A stretch of 64,000 nt of DNA from Phoronis australis (Eukaryota; Animalia; Phoronida): positions 756,816-820,815 of the forward strand of contig NMRA01000139.1 in assembly GCA_002633005.1 (NCBI GenBank), in the 5' to 3' direction. Both the position numbers and the translations under genes were made by a program. Positions 59,701 to 64,000 of this stretch are shown piece after piece. Under the pieces are notes generated by a model. It was not told where the DNA came from, searched no databases, and worked only from the letters and a program-made list of their open reading frames with translations. Within the stretch, counting starts at the first letter, position 1. Each line of letters begins with the position of its first letter.

Positions 59701-62700
59701 CCGATTGAAAGTCACTTATAGTCCAAAATTGATCTAAGTTATGACCGAAAAGACCGTTTCATTAACAGAAATTTTGTTTTGCTAGTCGGTCTTATAGACA
59801 GAAATTTAGTGTTTTTTGTGGCATCGATGAGCGTTAAATGTACGCACTACGCTTTCGCCAACTGTTGCGAATTTACGATAATAAACGAGCCGGTGGGCAA
59901 AATACTGTTTAACGAATAATCTTGGTTTTGAAGTGAATGTTAAATTACTGATATCGAGAAACGAAACTAAATATCATGTACGCAAGTGACCTGTAGTTGA
60001 CAATGAATTTCCGTGAGTTCGTTACACTGTTTATTAAATGCTGCTTGGCAGGTCGCTGAGCAGCGATGCGAAAATCTTCAATACGAAGGTTTATATAACA
60101 GCCTGGGACACCTTAAATGTTTGTCAACCTGATTCCCAATTGATCCACGGATTGAGGCTGATTCCTTGCCGTCTACGGTAAAGCGAAATCTTCGATGCTT
60201 GTGGATATCGTAGAGGGAATTCCAAAATCTTAAGCACTCGATCCTTTCAATAGAATATTGCCTCTCCTAGAATAAACTGGTGCTTGCAAACCACATCTTT
60301 CATACCAGAGTAAGATATAAGAGATTATGGTTGTATTTATAGGCTGGTACAGACCAGGCACCCAAGTAGTCGAGAGCAAAGTTGACGTCACCTTTAGCGG
60401 TGAGTTGTGCCAGCCTCGCGGACCAGACACCAAATATTGCATTATGGTCGCTAAGGGACAGCCTGTAGACGTACCTCACTGTCCGACTTACACCAAGTTC
60501 GAGAGGTGCACCATACCTCCGAAAATCGGTATGCATGGAGGTTTTTAAAGTAGTTTTCCAACAAAAAATGAACGACATCAAAGTTTAAGAAAGTTTTAAT
60601 GCACGAGTGGGAGATTTAATATCCATATCTTTGCTACAAAATATCCATTTTACTCTATTTTAACTTCTTCAAATTGTTTATCGGTTTTAAGCGCGTTTAT
60701 GTATTGGAAATCTGCCTGTCTTTTGTCCCATATATCGAAATCACTGTTGTTGAATCTGTGAACCCCGGGGATAGTTTCAACAGACGTAATTAAGGCAGGC
60801 CTACCACAGTTACCGGTGCAAATTCCAAGAAGCAAAAAGCGCAAGTTTTTTACAAGCGCTCTGCAGCACAAGATTATCTGAGACATGTTACTCGCTATAG
60901 TTCATAGACACATTGTCATAGAAACGCACCGTTAAAATGAGTTTGTCAAGGGACAAGTTTATAGCAGCTCACCACAAAATCGATGAATTCGAGAGAATTG
61001 GCGATTGGCGAAAAAAAGTGGATATGCGCAACGACGTCAAATTCAATTATGGCACGAACCAACTACAGCACCTTTCGAACGCGTCAGGAACTTTATGTTA
61101 TTGGTACATGTAAGTGGTATGGGCTCGAACAGTGTAAATCTTGTGTAGAGCATTTTGTCGATGTTTTTGTCCACTTTGTTCTTTCTTCTTCAAAATAATT
61201 TATAATCAGACAACATTTTGGAGTGTATTTTAACATGGCATGCAAGAAATACACAGGTACCGTAAGATATGAAATAGAATGGGACGAAAATACTTAAACG
61301 TGTCCACTTAACATAGGCACGTGTTTGCTATTGCTCATGCAGATTTCATTACTGGATGTGAGTATATATACTTGTAGGATAAGCACAGGCCTTCATTTAA
61401 TCTACTAAAAACACCTAAAATCGTGTGTTGTTTCAGATGACTTCGAATACACATTGGCTTGGAACGAATGGAGTCCTTGTTCGACAACATGCGGTGAAGG
61501 CGTCCGTCAAAAAGAAGAAATTTGTGAAGAACCGGAGTTTTTGGGCACGCCTTGCCCGAGAGATTACAAATCAACGAAAAAAACGTCAATCTGTTCCTCC
61601 TCGCCTTGCCCTTCGAGTGAGTTAATAACAGTTTTATTAGTTCCTAGAGCTCATTTAAACATATCATGTGTTATTAATTGTAAAAGACTACTAAAACACT
61701 TAATAGAAAAGTCTTCTACCTACGACCATCAGCGAATGTGTACATGCGCGGAGTGAAATCGAGTTCATGTTTGTTCGTCAAGCTTCGATTCCTTAAGTTT
61801 CTGTTCCGCGCCACCAGCGGTCTCGATCCTTAACCGCTCCCCTACACTAGAGCACAACTGGTGTGAACATTTTCGTCCGGGACCAAACGTCACGTTCCAA
61901 ACAGCAGTTAGGATTGGCGGTTACATGTCCGGAACGTGGAGTTAAGGAATCGATACCGGAGTTCAGATCCGGATCGTTTCTACTAGCAGGAATTTACTGT
62001 CAAGTTAAAGTTTTGGAAGTGAAATATGTGCACTTGAGTTTCAACAAACACGTGAATATTTCAGCGTCGAAGATAGAGTGACATTTCATGTGAAGTTTTC
62101 AAAAACATTTCCGTTCGTCACGGAGGTCATTATAAACATAACTACGACTGTTCTTCACTTGCATAACACACAGTATAGCCGACAACAGAAATTATGTTTT
62201 GTTAAAGCTCTCCCCGGAAGTGAGATTCAAAACGTTTTAGTACATTGTAAGCACGGATTGTGGCTTGATGTCATAGAACAACATTTCCAGGACCTCCGAT
62301 TAGTTGTAAATGTTAATAAGCCACTTTGGCCGATGTTTTTGTTCGAATTAACTGGAGGATCACAATCATTTTTTGACAAAGGGCGATGTGGAATATCAGT
62401 GATTTACGGATACTCTTTACTTAATTGTCTCCCGCAGTTACTTTGAGTAAGAGATATTCATCCCGGCATTCATTCAGCTCTTCATGAATCTTCCAACCAT
62501 CCCTCTACACACTCACGCATACGGCCACTCAATTACGTGTATGCACCCTTCAAATCAGGTGCCTGAAATCAAATCTCACCTCTGCTCGTTGTAAATAATG
62601 GCCTTAGGTTATGGAACAATTCTAGGGCCATGCCTATAAATTCTAGACACGATCCCCTAAACTCTTATCCGCGGTCTAACTAACACTAAATCTCAAATCC

Positions 62701-63036
62701 TCACTACTAAACTCGAAAAAACGAGCCTGAAATGCCACTGACCGGTGATCAAATTCCTTACTTATGTCCAGAGGACTGATCTTCAGACCCGGTCCCACGT
62801 GCATGCCAGTAAGAGACTTTGGTCTGGAAGGTCGTAGATGGATTTAAAAGGCGATGCAATGGAATTGTTTCCTCTCCCTTGCTCGAATAGTAATTTACAG
62901 GTCAGTTCTCATCACTCATTTGCAGGTGTGAAGGCATATCCCGGAAATGTTGGTTCCGTTAAGGACACAGAAGAACAAACGCACAAAAGAGGGTACACGA
63001 ACGGCAGCACGACGCCGATCAAACAAACTCCGCCAG
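50637..63036 (+). CDS. Gene C: third paralog, 5' part only (signal, F-type lectin, kringle-like, TSP1, first stalk exon); presumably continues past the window
   Basis: Exons 50637-50718, 56312-56551, 58988-59203, 60343-60528, 61437-61616, 62926-63036. Exon 1-5 lengths (82, 240, 216, 186, 180) are identical to gene B. Confidence 0.85.
54306..56024 (+). mobile_element. Kolobok-like non-autonomous DNA transposon copy 3 (THAP remnant)
   Basis: TTAA|AGGCGATTGCCAACC...GGGTGGCATTCTCCT|TTAA. Frameshifted C.VPTCPN...ISFFDFP...RKWL.VV...HLRVSGRHFVVSDF at about 54470-54680. Internal tandem duplication of about 56 bp at 55437-55540. Confidence 0.82.
56312..56551 (+). CDS. Gene C exon 2, F-type lectin N-half
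   Basis: NLAFNRVTSQT...AVDGN...SCTHT...PYWRV...MITNRILA. Confidence 0.94.
57902..58459. mobile_element. Harbinger-type MITE, perfect 31-bp TIR, CAG target duplication
   Basis: CAG|GGCCCGGTCTCCAATCTCCGTACTCAGACTC ... GAGTCTGAGTACGGAGATTGGAGACCGGGCC|CAG, with subterminal TACTC(A/G) repeats. Confidence 0.92.
58578..58645 (+). mobile_element. Possible tRNA-derived SINE head (similar B-box at about 13028)
   Basis: A-box-like TGGTCTATCGG and B-box GGTTCAAATCC at tRNA-like spacing. No complete cloverleaf. Confidence 0.35.
58988..59203 (+). CDS. Gene C exon 3, F-type lectin C-half
   Basis: GRLHNFAVYV...LTLCEVAVFDAYP. 8 of 72 residues differ from gene B. Confidence 0.94.
60343..60528 (+). CDS. Gene C exon 4, shortened kringle-like module
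   Basis: GWYRPGTQVVESKVDVTFSGELCQPRGPDTKYCIMVAKGQPVDVPHCPTYTKFERCTIPPKI. Confidence 0.92.
61437..61616 (+). CDS. Gene C exon 5, TSP1 repeat
   Basis: DDFEYTLAWNEWSPCSTTCGEGVRQKEEICEEPEFLGTPCPRDYKSTKKTSICSSSPCPS. Confidence 0.94.
62926..63036 (+). CDS. Gene C exon 6, stalk
   Basis: tttgcag|SVKAYPGNVGSVKDTEEQTHKRGYTNGSTTPIKQTPP|gtacac, phase 1-1. Matches gene A exon 6. Confidence 0.75.
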
Positions 63037-63426
63037 GTACACGTATATTTTGCTACACTTTCATTATGCGCAAGCATATAATGGTAACACCGACGTAATC
63101 CAGAGACCAGTTTCATGAAAACTGACTTAAAGACTTAAAAACTTTGACCAACCACTCATCAGCGGTTAAGGCCGAAGTTCGGTTTATATTAATAAAGAAG
63201 ATGAAAACTCCAAAAAGACCTTTTCATGAACACAAAGTCGGATTTTTGTTATTCGGCCTAACTTAAACATAAACTTAATCTGTTTTCGACATAGGTGAGC
63301 ATGGAAAAAACACCATCGATACAAGTTTCAAATTCACAAAGCAAAAGTCTAAATCATGATTTACTTACATTTTGGATACCATTCGGATCTCGTTTGCCTG
63401 CGATCGGATTACCCACGTATGACGGG

Positions 63427-63731
63427 GAAAATATCATTGCACATACATGTACATGTATGCCGGTAGGAAATATCATTCCACATACTTGTATGCCGGTAGG
63501 AAATATCATTGCACATACATGTATGCCGGTAGGAAATATCATTGCACATACATGTATGCCGGTAGGAAATATCATTGCACATACATGTATGCCGGTAGGA
63601 AATATCATTCCACATACTTGTATGCCGGTAGGAAATATCATTGCACATACATGTATGCCGGTAGGAAATATCATTCCACATACATGTATTCCGGTAGGAA
63701 ATATCATTGCACATACATGTATGCCGGTCGG
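63427..63731. repeat. 33-bp minisatellite, about 9 copies
   Basis: Unit GAAATATCATT(G/C)CACATAC(A/T)TGTATGCCGGTAG. Confidence 0.97.
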
Positions 63732-64000
63732 TCGCACTCCAATATATCTACAGCCTTCGACGGTTATCGAATCGAAAGCAGACGACCTTCAGTTTGGCAA
63801 CGTTAAGGAAAACAAGAACAAAACCATACGATGATAAAAGAGAACACAGTAACACGACAATTATATACAAACACATTTCAATAAAAGAAAACAAAACGAA
63901 AATCTCAGCGTAAATACATGTACTAACGCAGTACTGTTCCTTGTTACGACATTTAAATATAAAGTAACTAAGATGTCTAAGTAATATACAAATGCAGAGT

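Noticed and set aside
62460-62740. GLRLWNN motif resembling the 3' end of a CR1/L2-type LINE
   Set aside because: Too short and degraded to support a call.
63295-63834. ORFs of 101-179 aa with repeats (GNIIAHTCMPV etc.), or a CRISPR-like array
   Set aside because: These are translations of a 33-bp tandem repeat. There are no unique spacers and no cas genes, and the context is eukaryotic.
1020-63913. Remaining short ORFs in the six-frame track
   Set aside because: Random open frames in introns or repeats, or antisense shadows of real exons. No recognisable domains. No rRNA or complete tRNA gene was seen.

Overview
Eukaryotic (animal, probably marine invertebrate) AT-rich genomic DNA with spliceosomal GT-AG introns, so most ORF-track entries are noise. 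The window is dominated by a head-to-tail array of three paralogous + strand genes (A: 5293-23261, B: 26637-43036, C: 50637 to beyond the window end). I reconstructed them by hand from splice sites, reading phase and paralog alignment. Each encodes a predicted type-I membrane protein: signal peptide, F-type lectin (fucolectin/FTP) domain, shortened 4-Cys kringle-like module, TSP1 repeat, variable S/T/P-rich stalk, TM helix and a disordered cytoplasmic tail (TM and tail seen for A and B only). The tails carry a conserved dileucine motif, a FFAT-like motif and an SxIP-like motif. I do not recognise this architecture as a described family, and its sugar-binding residues are remodelled. Introns and intergenic DNA hold a PIF/Harbinger transposase end, Harbinger-type MITEs, three Kolobok-like TTAA elements with THAP remnants (one carrying a nested Penelope element, one a nested RLE/Hero-type LINE), small MITE families and minisatellites. 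All gene models are manual predictions without transcript support.
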